Assembly (NCBI GenBank): GCA_001949185.1
Contig: BDGG01000002.1
Location: forward strand, 5,570,448 to 5,634,447
DNA from: Ramazzottius varieornatus
Lineage: Eukaryota > Animalia > Tardigrada
Reading direction: 5' to 3'
DNA: 64,000 nt
The translations under genes were made by a program, and so were the position numbers. Shown piece after piece: positions 35,901 to 50,672 of the stretch. The notes beneath the pieces were generated by a model that worked only from the letters and a program-made list of their open reading frames with translations, was not told the origin of the DNA and ran no database searches. How positions within the stretch are numbered: the stretch's first letter is position 1; each line of letters opens with the position of its first letter.

Positions 35901-38900
35901 ACTGCTAACGAGGCAGCGTCACAGCTGGCATGAGTAAATTACAGTGTGGAAAATGCATCCCTGCTCGTGCAAATTTTTGACTATTTTATTGGTCTATAAG
36001 TCACACCACGAAGACTGCAATCTTGTGGACCCAACTGCTACTCAAGTACAGCCCGAGGCGGCCAAGTGACTACCACCTATAAAATTAGCGCATTCTCGAC
36101 CGGGTTTTTGTTCGACTTCGAAACTAATTTTCTTCGGTTTAGAGATCTTTTTGCAACCTCCCAAAAATAGCTGGTCAGAATTCTGCTCAGCAGAAGTCGA
36201 AATCGGCGTGAAACTAGGCATGGTGAAAAGTGGAAACTGCAACCAACTCTCGTAGTTTTCGGAGTCCATTCCCTAAATTCATTTCTCAGTTTTCAGTTGA
36301 CGGCCTGCGGTGATCTTACTCAGAACAAATAGGACAGGAACCTGGCTACTCGAGAAATGGTCGAAAGCATAAATCTACCGTTTGGGGCAAGAGCAACAAT
36401 TTTTGCCGCAAAGAGCGATTTCCCGGCAAAACGGCCAAACTCAGCAGTTTTAATTTACTTTCCAAGTTGGTTTGGCTATTTCATGATATTTTTTGGTTTT
36501 AAATGACAAGCTAGGCAGTCTTACATGCGTTAAGATCAAGTTGGGGCTTCATAACCGTATGGATGCATTTTCTACACTGTGTCATAAGAGGGCAAACATT
36601 CGTAGAAAATGGTCAAATATAAGTCCAAAAGCAAAAATTTTACTCGTGCTGTTTGACACTTTCGAGTTGCGCATAATTGCTGTCGATGATTTCGAATATT
36701 CGAGCATTATAGATATGATATTGCTTTACATGATGTACCTTCCATCAGTTCGTCCCAACTGTCCGAACAAACATCGCACCTCTTCCCACCCACTCCATCC
36801 CGACACTGACATTGTCCATGTTCATCACACTGACTACTCAGCGACCCAGACAGATAGCATTGGCATTCGTGACATCTATCGGCACCCGGAAGTCGGTAAA
36901 AGTTCTCTCTGCAACGGCACGTTCCGTCCCTCTGATCACATCGCTGGTCGAAGCCCTTCGACACATCGCAGTTGCAAGGTCCACACAGCGGATATCCCCA
37001 CCAATCCGCCGCGCAGCTCTGAGGAATCATCTTGTCACAGTACTGTCCCGTGAAGTTTTCGAAGCAATGACACTGATATCCATGCAAGCTTTCTTTCGAA
37101 GGAAGGCACACACCACTAACACAAGGTTCGTAGCTGCAAACTTCCTTGCACTGTGTCCCAATGAAGCCGTGCTTGCACACACACTTGAACTGTCCATTCA
37201 CTTGCTTGCATTCGCTGGTACTGGAAGGACATGGTGCAGCAGCACAATTACGGTTCAGGTCGGGGCAACCATTCTGCGCATTCGATCGGAAAGTAGGTGA
37301 CACAAGCCTGTTGGCCACCAAAACTTCCCGAACACAGCCGTTGAAGCCATCAACTCTTCTCTCCACGTTTTGTCCCGTTTCCTTGCCACCTAACAGCACC
37401 GAGTAGCCTCTGTCGTCATCCACATTCGAGATGTCCAGTTCGAGTTCTTTCTTGCCACCAAGAAAGACGGTGACATGGCCGTTCTGTATGAGGAGCCCGA
37501 AGGCGTACCACCGACCGGTCGTTAAGAAGGTCCCGCCTTGCGCCACATTTCCCTCGTCAACTTTGACCACTAGGTGGTGGTTCTCAAGGCGAGTGATCAA
37601 GCTGACGTGTTCTTTCGCCGTCATCGCCACTAGGATACCCGATGCTTCGTTGGGGCGGAACTCGAACTTCAGGTCCAGTGAATCAGATAGCATAGTACTG
37701 AGGACTACCAGCAGGTACCCATCCCCGTCCAATCCGTAGGTTTCGCCGGCCAGCACTAAAACCGGAAACTACTCATGCAACTATACAGTAGTACAACAGG
37801 GAGCAACTATACCGACAATAGTACGAGACTGTGGCTGGAAGATGGCCGTTCTTACATACCGTTAGAGCAATCGCTTCCGCCGAAACCCGGAAGACAGTTA
37901 CAAAGACGCCCGTCCATGGCATTTGAGCAGGAACCGCCATTTTGACAAGGCGATTTCGCACAGAAGTCATTCTTTGCTGGACAACCTGAAAAAGAGGCAG
38001 AACGCCAATTACGAATTCATGTGAGCTGCGCCGGTTGTGTAACCCACCTGGACTAGTTCCATGTTGATGGATGAAGTCATTCATATCGGTTAGCTTCTTG
38101 TCGATGTCCAAATTCCTTATACATCCTTCAAAATGGTGTGAACCAGTGCGGCTGTCCGAGTAATCCGTCGGAAGTCCACCGAGGTAGAATGGCCCAGATA
38201 AGTCTAGAAACCTGTTACATAACGCGCCGACACTGGAGCAGTGCGGATCAAGATGAAGCGTTGTGACTGCCGCACAATGATAATCGAGCTCCCGGCCATG
38301 CTCCAGAGAGAGTGCGTAATCACAGTCATCCACAGTAATCCTGGCAGCCTGGAATCAACATAATTAATTGACTTACGGCAAAGCCGTCCGTTAATGGCGT
38401 CATTGTCCACTCGTGCATACTCTGCTGGCATATGAAATCTCCAATCTGTGCCAGTCCCCGTCCGTAATTATCGTCGGCAGACGAACGGTGGCGGCGTCTT
38501 GGCCTAATGAGAAGGAGAACTGCGCAGATCCATTCACCAACTCCAATGAAATGAAATCGGCTACGGGTGAAAATTGTCCGTTGTAGAAGACCATTCCATC
38601 CCGACTCGTGGTAGATAGGCTGTGGCACAAATATTCTCATTAACCATCAGTCCGGTTCTGAAGTGCATGGACGACCAACCTTAACGAAACTTCAAAGCGA
38701 TTTCTGGACCGGATTCCAGGGAACGCAATGTACGAGTCTTGTGCGCGAGAAAATGCTCGAGTAGTCAGCTCGCACAGCTCTGTGCGGTACTGTTGTTCGT
38801 AAGGACATCCCGCACAGCTTAACCCGGCAGAAGCGCCGGAAGTACAGGTGGCGCCGCCTTTGCAGAGTGCGTCCGAACAACGGACTAAACCCTGCTCCAT

Positions 38901-41900
38901 TTCACACTTCGAGCCTGAGAATTTTCCCATCAAATACAGCTTGGATTACGTTTAAGAGTCAAAAGACAAGGCCGGAAAAGAAATCGTCGTACCGTAGAAC
39001 CCTTCATCGCAAACACAATGGTAACCACCATCTGTCGAGTGGCAACTGCCGTTCCGGCCACACGGGCTCGAGTAGCACAGGTTAATTTCGGTGTCGCACG
39101 AACTGGGGTCCACCATGCCTGTAAGAAGCGGAAAGATTCTTCACCATTGCGAAATTTTTGGCGTTGTTGAACTGTCTCGTACCGGTATATCCTGATGAAC
39201 ATTTACAGTTGAATGTAGTTAATGTCTGGACAGGGCGGAACAGCATCGAGCCCGATGCAATGAACGACCCAGCAGAACCGAACTTCTGCACTTCATAACA
39301 CTCTTCGAAGTTCGAACAGGGTTCTCGGGTACAAACTTCGTCGCTGAATGGTAATAACTGCAAAACATATTTCGCGTTGCGGCTCATGGCTCGAAGACTT
39401 TCTCATCTTGTAAATGTGGACGGGAGTATTCACCTGCAGTGAAGTCATGTTGAGCAGGGTTTCCCGCATGGCAAACACTCTTTCCTTGAGGATTCTGATT
39501 GACATATAAGTCTGAGATGTCAAGGAAGCTCTGGCGGCGAAAGTAATGTTTACAACCGGCACAGCAGTTCCAAAATCGTCCGCAATGCCAAAGACAAACA
39601 GGGCCTCTGGAGAGCATACACAAATGTAGGCCAAACCTGTGAAACGAACGGATATAAGATGGGAAGTGCAAAGTTATTGTTAGGACAGACAGTTGTGGGC
39701 CTACTCTGCGTGATGCCGTGAAAGACTGCCGGTTCCAGCATGTCGCGTGCTGTCATGTTGGCCACACGAAGTGTGACACTGTTGCTGATCATCTCCTGGT
39801 CCACCGGGAGAGTCCACAGAGTACAAACCGCACTGACCGTATTAAGCCCATCTGAAACCACAAAAGCAGCGACTTGAATAAATGACAGTCAGTTATAGGT
39901 CATCATCGACATGTCAAACCTAATCTAAATAAGTTCCACAGTTTCTCCCAGCCGAAAACAATCGGGAGCGCGTCAAAACCAAGCTCGCAATATTCATTGG
40001 TCTCCTCAAGTAAATTATCTCATTGGTTTTTAAGTTCTATTTTTCGTCAGATATCATTTATTGAAGTCTTGATCTTTAACGGCCCTCAAAAAAGTTCTTC
40101 TAGATTTTACATACGTATATGTCCCAAGAATGGCATTAATGGCATTAATATTGGGGAGACGTGACTAGATGGTAAGATCGTTCTCCCAAGTGGCGCGTAC
40201 TGCCAGTCAACGTCAACGAAAACGTGCGCCACTTGAGGCGAGGATTTACTTCAACTTGTTTGCCCACGTTCACTGTTTTATCCAACCAATGTCTGGTCTG
40301 GACCAACACGAATTGACATGCTGGCTATGAAAAATAGTGACAGTATTTTCGATGCGGAAGTTTGATTTAAGATTTCTGGACGTGCTCGGAGCAACTTGAT
40401 GTTGACTGACTTCCTGATGGAAATCGATGTAACTGGGGAAATAGTAAATGAATTGTATCACGATTTCATCTGACAACCTTGACACAAACAAGCTCATTTC
40501 CGGCCAGCGCAATCTACAGGTCTTCTTTCGGGTTTGGCCGGAGCACTTGGGATAAGTGCAGCTGCTTATGCAGGCCGGACAGTGGTGCCCAGACAAACAT
40601 TATGTCTCCGGCTGTGCCCATGATAATGTTGTTAATGCATCCGCACGACGCAGAGGCTCACTTTGAATGGTAATACATCTACGGGAACAGATGTCCGATT
40701 GGGACGCCTGTGCCTGATCTGAATAAAATATATTTCCGGAGCATGGCGGCTAATCACATCATGTCGTGCCACATCAAGCTCACATAGTGCTGGTCAGTTG
40801 ATTAAAACATGCACAGTCAAGAGGTGCCTATAGTGAACCCGGCTTGTAAACGGAAAGGGAGTTTTGGAAAGGTCGTCGACGCTGTTGTTGATGTCCGCCA
40901 TGCGGCGCTATTCCTCCTTGTAATTTATCGCTTGACCGAACCTCATGTCAGATTAACTTCACATTCAGCAGCCCATCAACTGACCCCTATAACGCCATAT
41001 TTGCCGACACCTAAAGTGAGATTGTTCGCGGGATATAAAATAATCCTCTTGAGCAGGAAAACATATTCCACAATAGCTTCTTCCACGCGTCTGGGCTTAC
41101 CGTCGACCGCTATCATTCTTCTTTCGTATATCAGCTAAATTACAGTCAAGTTTCGTCCTGTGTGTTTGCACGGTATGTCATGTACTGTATCTTCCTTGTT
41201 CCGGTAACGGAGCTCAAGTTGACATTAACATGTTCACGGGTTAATTTTGCCCGGAAATATGTGGTTCTTTAGGAGGCACTGGAGCAAGCCTTGGGAACGG
41301 ATGGGAAAGAAAGGGAAGTTGCCACAGAGTAATGATGCGTGCTGTCAGCTGTCTTGTTTATGGCTTAGCGGATGTTTAGCCAAGACGGGGAATCTGGATC
41401 AAAGCCATGAAATGAATATAAGAATGCAAGGCACTGACCGCACTGGAGGAACATAAGTCCCGCTCTGTGTGAATCCAGTGTGTCCCCCTTGGTCAGCGAT
41501 AAGTATCGCCTCGGAATTCAGAGCAGCTATTAAAATACTGCTTTCTAAAGATGCCGCGGGACGTGGATAAATATCCGATTCTAAATTCTCGAGCTATCAA
41601 ATATTGGTGGGGGATACGCGAGATCGCCAGTGGCTCTCGTATCAGCCGACGGACAGCTAATCTGGCAGACCAATTTAACCCCCACAAGATCTAGACAGGC
41701 TATAGATCCGCGCACCAAATGCTGTTAAATCATTTATACAATATTTACCCTGCGGTCTGGCCTAACGAATAAGTGAAACGGATCTGTAAACGCGAGCAGG
41801 CACAAATGGAAATTTGAGCGCTAACGATAATTCAAGAACTGACAATTCACTCCCCATATCAAATAAACCATCGATAACGACCGATATCCAAGAAATCCGA

Positions 41901-44900
41901 CCAATATTGAAATAACACTCCTACATCAAACCTAGAGAAACTGTATTTTCTACCTGTAAAACTACTGTACTCGAAGTTCAGTGCGGGACTCATTCACTTC
42001 CGGTTAAAAGATCGCTTTTTTTGGTTTTTCTGATTCGATTTTAGTGATACTATTGGCCGTGTATTTCGACCACATTTTCCAGTTTCAAATTTTGGAAGTA
42101 CATAAAACGGGAACAAGGAAATTCCCTAGACTTGCTCGGGAGGCGGTTGTTATTGCAAGAGGATAATTACAATGCGTGGACCTTTGTCAAGTGTCATGTA
42201 GCGATGACCACTGTACACAACTTCCTTCGTTCTCGATGGTCTTTTGGGCAAGGAAGATGTGCAGTGTGGTAGGAGGAAGAGCCCCAAATTACTAAGATCA
42301 ACTTCATGACAACATAGTTGACCGATTTTGCTCCATCAACGGGAGTAACAAGTCAAATTCAAAGTGTCATATACGTCCACTAAAGAGCGGAATTACAAGA
42401 CCATTCAGCCGCCCTTCAACCTTATCTCATTTCTCCACTCGCCGGGATTTGCAAGAGCTCGAACTGTCGCCCATGTTCTGGGACAACTCCAAAGCTTTTC
42501 CTTTATCCGCCACACAGAAAACGGACCCTCTAAACAGCTCAAGCTCATTAAAAACAAAATACTGGCAAGAAAACGTGCATTTCTGCAATCCGAAAGATAC
42601 AGAGGATTTCGGTCAACCTTTTTCCTTCAGTTCTTCGGTAGCGAGTCATATCTTATCGTCCGCTCCCATAGAGCCCTAACTGCCCATAAAAATATTTGAG
42701 CAGCATATCGTAAACTTTCTGATGATTTTTTTCGAGCGTAAGTACGAAGGAGCCCTGTTTATCCAGTTTAAAAACGAGCCAGCAAAACACTTGAGAAATT
42801 GCCTGTCAGGGATTTCATAAAGGTGCATAGCAGGGTTTGAGTCGATCGACCTATGCTGCATAACTTCTCCGTCATACTGCGATACGCTGCGGAAAACATC
42901 CTATTTTGTTTGATAAAATCAGTGTTAGTCCCTCTGAGCATACTGGAGTCGATCAGGAAGTGATTCGTCCAAAGGGTGTCACAGTAATCAGACCTACAGT
43001 CCTGGTAGCGTTGATGTCCTTTCTAAATCTACGTTAAAACACATCAATCATCCTGTCAAGTTCAGGATATTTAATGTGTCCTTTGATAATTTGAAATATA
43101 GGCCAGCATCTAGGCGTCATCAAGATTTACAACACCGAATAAATACTTTCCAAATCTTTCCACTATCATTCAGACACTTTACGTAAAGCGCTGAAATTTT
43201 ATTATGTCAAAGCTCAAAACCTATTAACCAAACATGCTTCCCTGATACAACAGTCCATCTAACCGTGATTCATTAACCAGCTTAGCACCCCCACGACGGG
43301 CTTCTCTAGCATCCCTTTGGGAGCGAATAATAACATACTGATGACGCATGTGATAAATAGCCAAATTAATCAGGAAATTATGGCTGTCTGCTATTTGACC
43401 TTCTGGCCTTTCTATTCACTTGTCTGGCTTCAGTATATCCGACTGCATAGGCAATCTTTGTTCACTAGTGGTCGTCACAGTACATAAACATTAGTTTACC
43501 TGTCACTTGTACGGTGAAGTTGGCCGAGTAGCTAACATCGGAATTCAGGGCGGAACTGAGCGAAATCTCTCCGGTCTTCGGATCGATCCCCAGCAAGTTG
43601 TGCTTGTTTCCGGAAGTGATGCTGTATTCCAGACGAGCTGTGGCATCCCGATCCATGGCGGGAACCTTACCGATCACACCGGTGGGGAAGTTTCGGAGAC
43701 CAAAGTTGTTCAGGATTATGGTGAAGTCCCGAAGAACCGGCGAATGGTCTGTAAAATCATACCTACCAATCGAATTTTATATTCGAACTTTCCCTTCGTA
43801 TTGCCATCTGCGAAACTCTTTTTACAATATTTTATTGCAGTTTTTTCCAAAAATCTATTTTTGTTGTGGGCGACCCGGAAGTGCTACGTTACCGTTGACG
43901 TCAGTGACGATGATGTTAACCGACACATCTGTTTGCAAATGTGCAGAAGAGGCGCGGATGATAAGCTTGTAATCGCGCTTCTGGCCTTCGTGGTCAAGTT
44001 CGATTAAATTGGACAACAGCGGGGGTCGACCATCAGGGCGCGTGACCAAAGCAAAGCTGGGTGCATCGGGACCTCCTACAATGCTATACTCCACAATGGC
44101 ATTTGCATCCTCGTCGGGATCAGTGGCCGAGATTTCACCGATCGAGGATCCCACCATCACATTCTCCGGCACGAAGTACGTCAAGGGATCTTCGGGGAAG
44201 ACCGGTCCGTTATCATTCACGTCTGGAAGGCACGAAATCCAGATAACAAGTTCGAAATAAAAAGCAGTGTTCCACCGAATGAAGCCTTATAGAAACCACC
44301 CGCGTTTCTAACCGACGGCTCATACCGGGATAAAATTGCTTTTTTTTCACGCTTACCGATAACTCTGACCGATATAGTAGCACTCGAGGACTGTGCCGGG
44401 TCGCCACGATCCACCGCCACGACAATGAGTTCATATTCAGCGGTCTTTTCACGGTCGAGCGGCGCACTGGTACGAACTGTCCCCAGCGCATTATCGACGG
44501 TGAATGTCCCGTTGGCATTGTCGCCTCCATCAAACGTGTAATAAACATAGCCATTCGACCCAAAATCTGGATCAGAGGCTGAAACTTGCAGAATACTCGT
44601 TTGTGGCTTCAGATCTTCCTTCACCGCTAAAGAGTACCGGTCATGGGGAAACCACTGTGGTGCGTTGTCGTTCACGTCCAGTAGCTCCACAAGGATCTCT
44701 GTCACGTCGCCCAATGACGGAACTCCCTTATCTGCAAAATTGCTTTCTCATCCAACAAGTCAAATTTTCGGTTTTTTAGAAGTATAAAACAATTTTCTAT
44801 CTTTTTACACCATTTGGGACGTGGGCAAATGGACCGTATTAAACTCTATTTTCGTTTTGTACTTTCTTGATTTATATGGATCAGTAACCAAAACTCCAGT

Positions 44901-47900
44901 AACCAAATTTCACCTGTGGCTGTTACTGGGATGACATATATTGGAATGGTTTCCCTGTCGAGCAGCTTTCGGGTCGACAGTCGTCCACTGGACGCGTTAA
45001 GTTGGAAAGTGTCAGCAAAGTCGTTACTCATGGAGTAAATGATCCTGCCATTCTCGCCAACATCCTCGTCCAACGCCTCCAGGTCTATAACGCCGAATCC
45101 CACGGGAACGTTTTCGCGGATCTGAACTCTAAACGGGGCATTGAGGAAAGTGGGCCGATGTAGATTTGCCGCCAGAACGTGGACTGTCACATTGGCGCGA
45201 TCGCTCTTGCCCAGCTCATCGGTCACTTCCACCACCATCTCATTTCTTTGTTCCTGTCGATAATTGACTGTTTTGGCCAACAGGATTATACCCTGTCCGT
45301 TCTGCTGGATGATATTGAAGCGAAAGCCGTCGTTCCCACTGACTATCTGGTATGTCAGACGTGCATTCAGATCGGGATCTATGGCGCGAACTGTACAGAT
45401 TTGTGTGCCTTGTAGCGCGTTCTCGGACAAAGACACATTGTAACTTCGCTGTTCAAACCTCGGACCTATCATCACAACAAAACATTAGAATAACCATCTG
45501 CCGGTTTCTTCCTCAAAATTGTTTCACATGGGACGTCGGCAAATAAGTTAAACTTGATCATTATCTCCAATGGCGCACGTTTGCGTTGTCATCGGCTGAA
45601 GGTGCGCACCGCTTGAAGAAATGAGCAGGCTCGAGTCATTTGCCAGCGTCCGGATTTTACGTTGCGAAACTAGAATTTTTTTTGATGACTTTTTGGATTT
45701 TGATTTATGTATTTTATCCACGTCAGGACGTACCGTTATCGTTCACGTCGAGGAGGCTAATCAGGACCGACGCGGTGGCGGATTGCGCCGGTGTCCCCAG
45801 ATCTTTGGCTTCCACAATCAGCGTATACTTATCCTTCTTCTCTCTATCCAGTCCAGCCGAGGTGGTAATCCTGTAAGGAAATCCTTTTATATTTTAATAA
45901 TGATTTGAGGTGATAATGATTCGAGGCGTTTTTTCCTATGGCATTACATCACTGAAGATTTGCGGTTCGTATTGTGCACCTGTCGTTTTTGCTTCGCGTT
46001 AAGAACTTAAGAAGACTGATGCCCTAATTCTTTTCGACTTTTTTTTGGTCGATTTTGGATGTAGGGAAATTATTTCCGATTGTTAACCCCCTCGTAAGTA
46101 GGACAGCAAAATAACAGAGAGAGCCTTACCAGCCAGAATCTGCATCGATCGCGAAAGGTAGCGAGTCGACGCTGGTAGAGTGATTCTTGAGCGAATACAC
46201 AATCTTTCCCTGTAGTCCCTCATCGCTGTCGTATGCTCTTGTCTGGATAACTGCATGTCCAGGCAGCACATCTTCCGACAACGCCACTGAGTATCCGTTT
46301 GAACCGCTGCCAAAAGAAGGCTTTCCATCGTTCACGTCGAGAACTTTGACGTGACAGACGGTGGTGTTGCTTCGAGGCGGAGAACCGGAATCCTGTAAAG
46401 AACCAGGACGATTCGCAGTGACGTAATACTTGTGAGTGACGTAATGGCATATGACATCGCATTATGACATTACATGACAAATTTTCGGTTTTACAGTTTT
46501 GCAAGTTTTAATTCTTGAAATTTCGATTTTCCTAACACAACTTTCCTTTTATTTTCATTCTTATCAATTTTACTGCGCAGATTTTTACAGATATCGTCGT
46601 GTTTGGAAGCGGCGGAATGTAAAGGAAGATAGCTGGTGGTCAACAAGGCCATATACCCACAGAATATGGCGGAATCGATCGATCCTCTTGAATAATCTAT
46701 GATGTTATGACAATCTCACCTGTGCTCTGATAACTAGCCGGTGTGCCTGTTGTGCCTCGAAATCCAGCCCGGGTGCAGCTACTCTCAAGTTTCCAGTCAC
46801 TGGGTCCAAGATAAACTGACCGTTTGGATTTCCCGATACGATTGAATAAGTGATCTGGGCATTGCTTCCAGCATCGTAATCCAGAGCTTGAAGTTGGGCG
46901 ATGGTGGGAAGAACGGCATCTTCTCGAATCTCGATGTTGCACGTCTCGTTGATGAACCTTGGCGCATGGTCATTCTCGTCCAGCACTTTGATCGTTACTT
47001 TTGTAACGCTGTAAGAAGGAAAGTAGCTTTAGAAAGAAAAGAAACGATGAAAACGTTTTCCGAAGTTCAGAATTTTGAATTGCTAATTTGGGGTAGAATA
47101 GTCAATCAAGTTATTCAAATCAATTAGTTAACGCCATTTTGGTGTCCATGTCTTAACCATTGATTGACCGTTTGGCTTTCTTTGTCATTGTTCTTTGTCA
47201 GACACGCGCCAATAATGTGGCACTATGTCCGGCGACCACCGCATTCACCTTCGGCAGTGTCGGCGCAGAAAATGCTGAAGACAAATCTCCACTATCATTT
47301 CAGTTTTAATTTGATTTCTTAGTCAAGCACAACCAGCGTTTCGTGTGAATATTAACCAGCGCTTACAGTGTCATATCCGGTGCAGTTTTAATTTAACAAT
47401 GCGCATCACATTAAACTCCGAAGCGAATTCACAAGCAGGCTTTCTCGAGTAGGTACCTGCTCTTTCTTTGGTCAACGTGTCCTTGATCTTCCGCTTTGAC
47501 ATACAGAAAAATCTCCTGCAACGTTTCTCGATCAAGAGGCTTTCGAGTGGTGATTACGCCATTTCTCCCATCGATCTCGAAAGCCATGTTGTCGCCCGTG
47601 ATCATTGAATACGAGACTGCGCCATTCTCCCCGGCATCATAGTCGTTTGCACGCACCTGCGCGTTCACATTGATTAGACACAATACAGAATTAACACCAG
47701 AAAACAAGTAATGAAATCAAGTCAACGACAGAGCTTACACGTACCGTAACTACGATCGATCCAGGAGCAACGTTCTCTGGAAGTTCTACGAAGTAGTCGT
47801 TCTTTTCGAAGGTGGGAGTATAATCGTTGATATCTTCCACTCGGATGGTCAGAGTTGTGGTCGCCGTTGCCAGCTTATCCAGCTGAGAAGCAGTAACGCG

Positions 47901-49016
47901 GAAGAAGTGCTCCGACTTTGTTTCCCTGTCAAGTTGCGTTTCCGTTTGGATCACACCGGTTTCGGCGTCGATGCTGAACAAAGGCTGGCTGCGCGAATCT
48001 GTCAGGGCAATCATCGAAAACCGGACAGGCTTAGAGTTTGTGATGTTCATCTTGGTAACATAAACAGGAGCTGGTTTCTCTTCCGTTACAAAGGCAGTGA
48101 AAGATGGAGAGCCAAAAGACAAGGATACTGCTCGAGTTTTCCGATGTCTGCGATGCCGCCGAGATCTTACGGACCTTGGTCGGTCATTTTCCTCCGTTTG
48201 ATGGACCAGCAGATCCACATCTTGCTCCGCGAACTTCTCGCCACCAGTCACCTGATATCTGATGTTGAAATGGTGGTACCTCGTTTGTGTCTGTTCTAAT
48301 TTGCAGAACTTGTCTGTTGTCCAGAAGCTATCTTCCCGCATTTCAAGCAAGGTGTTTTCTGTCGTCGGTCCATTCTGTAGATTTTTTACAGTGCTCCTGA
48401 CAAATGAAGGAAGGAGGGCAAGAACGTTCAGCAAAAAGTGAGGTCGGGAACCCATGCAGAGTTTTCTGCTCTGATAGCTCTGAATAATGTGGGGATAATC
48501 CGCCACCATAGGGGACGATGTCAGCAACTTTTTCTCCACCCTCTGCATATGGACAGTTACCGGTATCAATGACACAAGGGACATTGATGGACTTTTTGCT
48601 TCGACAATTACAGTCAGTGGCCATGATGAGATCAAGTTGAGCGCACGGGCATCAAGCCGCAAAGCGTGGCTGCTCTTTTCCCACGAAACCACACCTTGCC
48701 AGATTGTGCCTACCGATGCATTGTGGGGAATAATGTTATTATCGTTAGCGGGTCTAACTGGATCAAAATCTGCCGGCGGCTTTGAGTCGCTCCAGACATC
48801 TCGAATCACGTATACCCATGCATCCGCGGGCAATAAAGTGAAATTAATAAACACCGGGAATAGTTTCTCGTCATTTATCCCTGGCAGTATCACATCATAT
48901 CCACACGTGCCTGGAATAAAGTTGTAAACAACCACATTACACAAGATAAACAAGGTCTTCCAGACCGTCACCAGATAGATGCTTTCAAATCGGGGCATGA
49001 GTAAGCAATTCGGCAT
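32927..49016 (-). CDS. CELSR/Flamingo (starry night) adhesion GPCR: 9 cadherin repeats, EGF, 2 LamG, laminin-EGF, HRM, GAIN/GPS, 7TM
   Basis: Cadherin motifs (LDRE, DxND.P.F) at 43465-48130; EGF/LamG at 36707-39390; [23 protein letters not shown] laminin-EGF; GAIN and 7TM at 33850-35860; last exon ETGTAV*; start codon approximate. Confidence 0.95.
40154..40272. mobile_element. MITE-like element copy (CELSR intron)
   Basis: ggagacgtgac...caagtggcgcg...aaacgtgcgccacttga...ttgtttgcccacgttca; homologous to 3013-3149. Confidence 0.7.
45529..45653. mobile_element. MITE-like element copy, reverse orientation (CELSR intron)
   Basis: TIRs tgggacgtcggcaaataag / tcatttgccagcgtccgg; internal tggcgcacgttt is the reverse complement of the shared core. 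Confidence 0.7.
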
Positions 49017-50672
49017 GGCAGACGATGTTTGTAAATAAAGGGAAGCATGCGTAAAGCGAGACCGGAACAGTACACCGATGTATCATGGCACTTGCGGCGA
49101 CTTCCGGTTGGAATGCTGTCAAGAAAACATCAAACAGATGTCGAGGTGTCGTATAAGTGGAAGTCGACTAAGCTCCAACAGAGTTAACAAAACATCCCAG
49201 TTTGGAATAGTTATGATTCGATCAGCGAGGACTTTGTGAATGGGGAAAGTTATTGTGGAAGAAAAGCCAGCACAAGAAAGAGCTCTGCTTGAGCTGGGAA
49301 AGCAAATGCCGGTGAACTCGCGCAGTGAGCATAACTATACAACTGCAAAGCTCTCCGTCCTTCCTTCAACGTGGCAGTCTGTGAGGATGTTGCAGGATCC
49401 TAATAACAGTGCGATTCCTACCGGGTTAAATTAGCACCAGGCCACTAGCCGATGAACAATATCAGGATCCAATGATGAAGAGGATGGTTGTACATGACAG
49501 GCTATACAGTGTCGTACGAGAGAAAAGCTTGTGCTGCACCATCGAGATACCAGACTTGTGAAGGAGATCCAGTGGATGTATGTTGAGTCGAAATGGCCGG
49601 TAGTTCAAGCAACACTCTAACTATCGATTTTGGCACACGATGCGTCCCTGCTCCGCCCGCTTGACCACTCGTTGGTCCTCGCTTCCCTGTATGAGTGCTT
49701 CAGAGATAAGTGCCCGCCTGTGTAGCCGGCGTCTCTAATGTACTTCTTGAAACCTCCTGAGCCCCAAGTTACACGATCTGAGCCACGGACTGCATTATCT
49801 GGCCGAACCCTCAGAAACATCGAAGAAATTGTGTGGACCTAATCGCTCACCATTGCATGGTTGTTATTCTTTCCTTTAGGATGTTTGGATACGATATCGT
49901 ATAGGCGGTCCAATACTTTGCGGCGGAAGTGCCTTGTGTAGATAACAGCGACCTGATTTACCTGCAGTGAAGAAAACGTAACGACCGGTTTGAGTGCATC
50001 TCGAAACATCGCCGAGAGGAACAGGAACGAACGCATAATAGATTGTACATACAAATTATACTCCAGTATCTACTGGAAAACTAGTCCTTATGCTGCAATC
50101 AAAACAAAAGTGGAGCAGGATTGTTCCATACGGCGTTCGAGCACCACAGTAATGTATGTCAACGTGGTCCTCCGATAGTGTCAATCAGCTTCCATATTAG
50201 CCTGTCAATCATCCCGCTGTCTTCCTTCTTTACCAGTATACCAAGAACATAATCCTTCATAAATCGTTTGTCATGTACTTCACCAGAACAGAGAGAAGAC
50301 CAGTGCCTTCTGCCTACCTACATACACATGACCCGTATGGGCGGCGTGGTTCCAGGTGTGCAGGTTCATGCAAGGTGGACACATTTTGGCCGGCAACCTC
50401 AATAAAGGGTAAATGTGACTCAACCATACATCTTGTTATTTATTCAACGCGATTTAAAGAAGAAAGATAGGACACACGTGAAAATTACCAGGCTGCACAT
50501 GGCGAACCCTGATTTACATCCAAAGGGGTTCTTCACCGAGAAGATGTGAAAGCACCAACAAATAAAAGTCTACAACCGCGAAAACCTAAAATCAACATAC
50601 GTAAACCATCTCACAATATATCCAACGGTAGCAGCTCAAGGAAAGAAAAAGGACAGAAAACCTGTACACTCG

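Noticed and set aside
39860-43495. Large AT-richer CELSR intron that might hold a decayed retroelement or nested gene
   Set aside because: Only short stop-ridden ORFs; no RT, endonuclease or transposase motif that I can identify with confidence
49400-50500. Short ORFs between the CELSR start and the PNPLA8 stop
   Set aside because: No coherent exon chain or recognisable motif; likely UTR or promoter sequence
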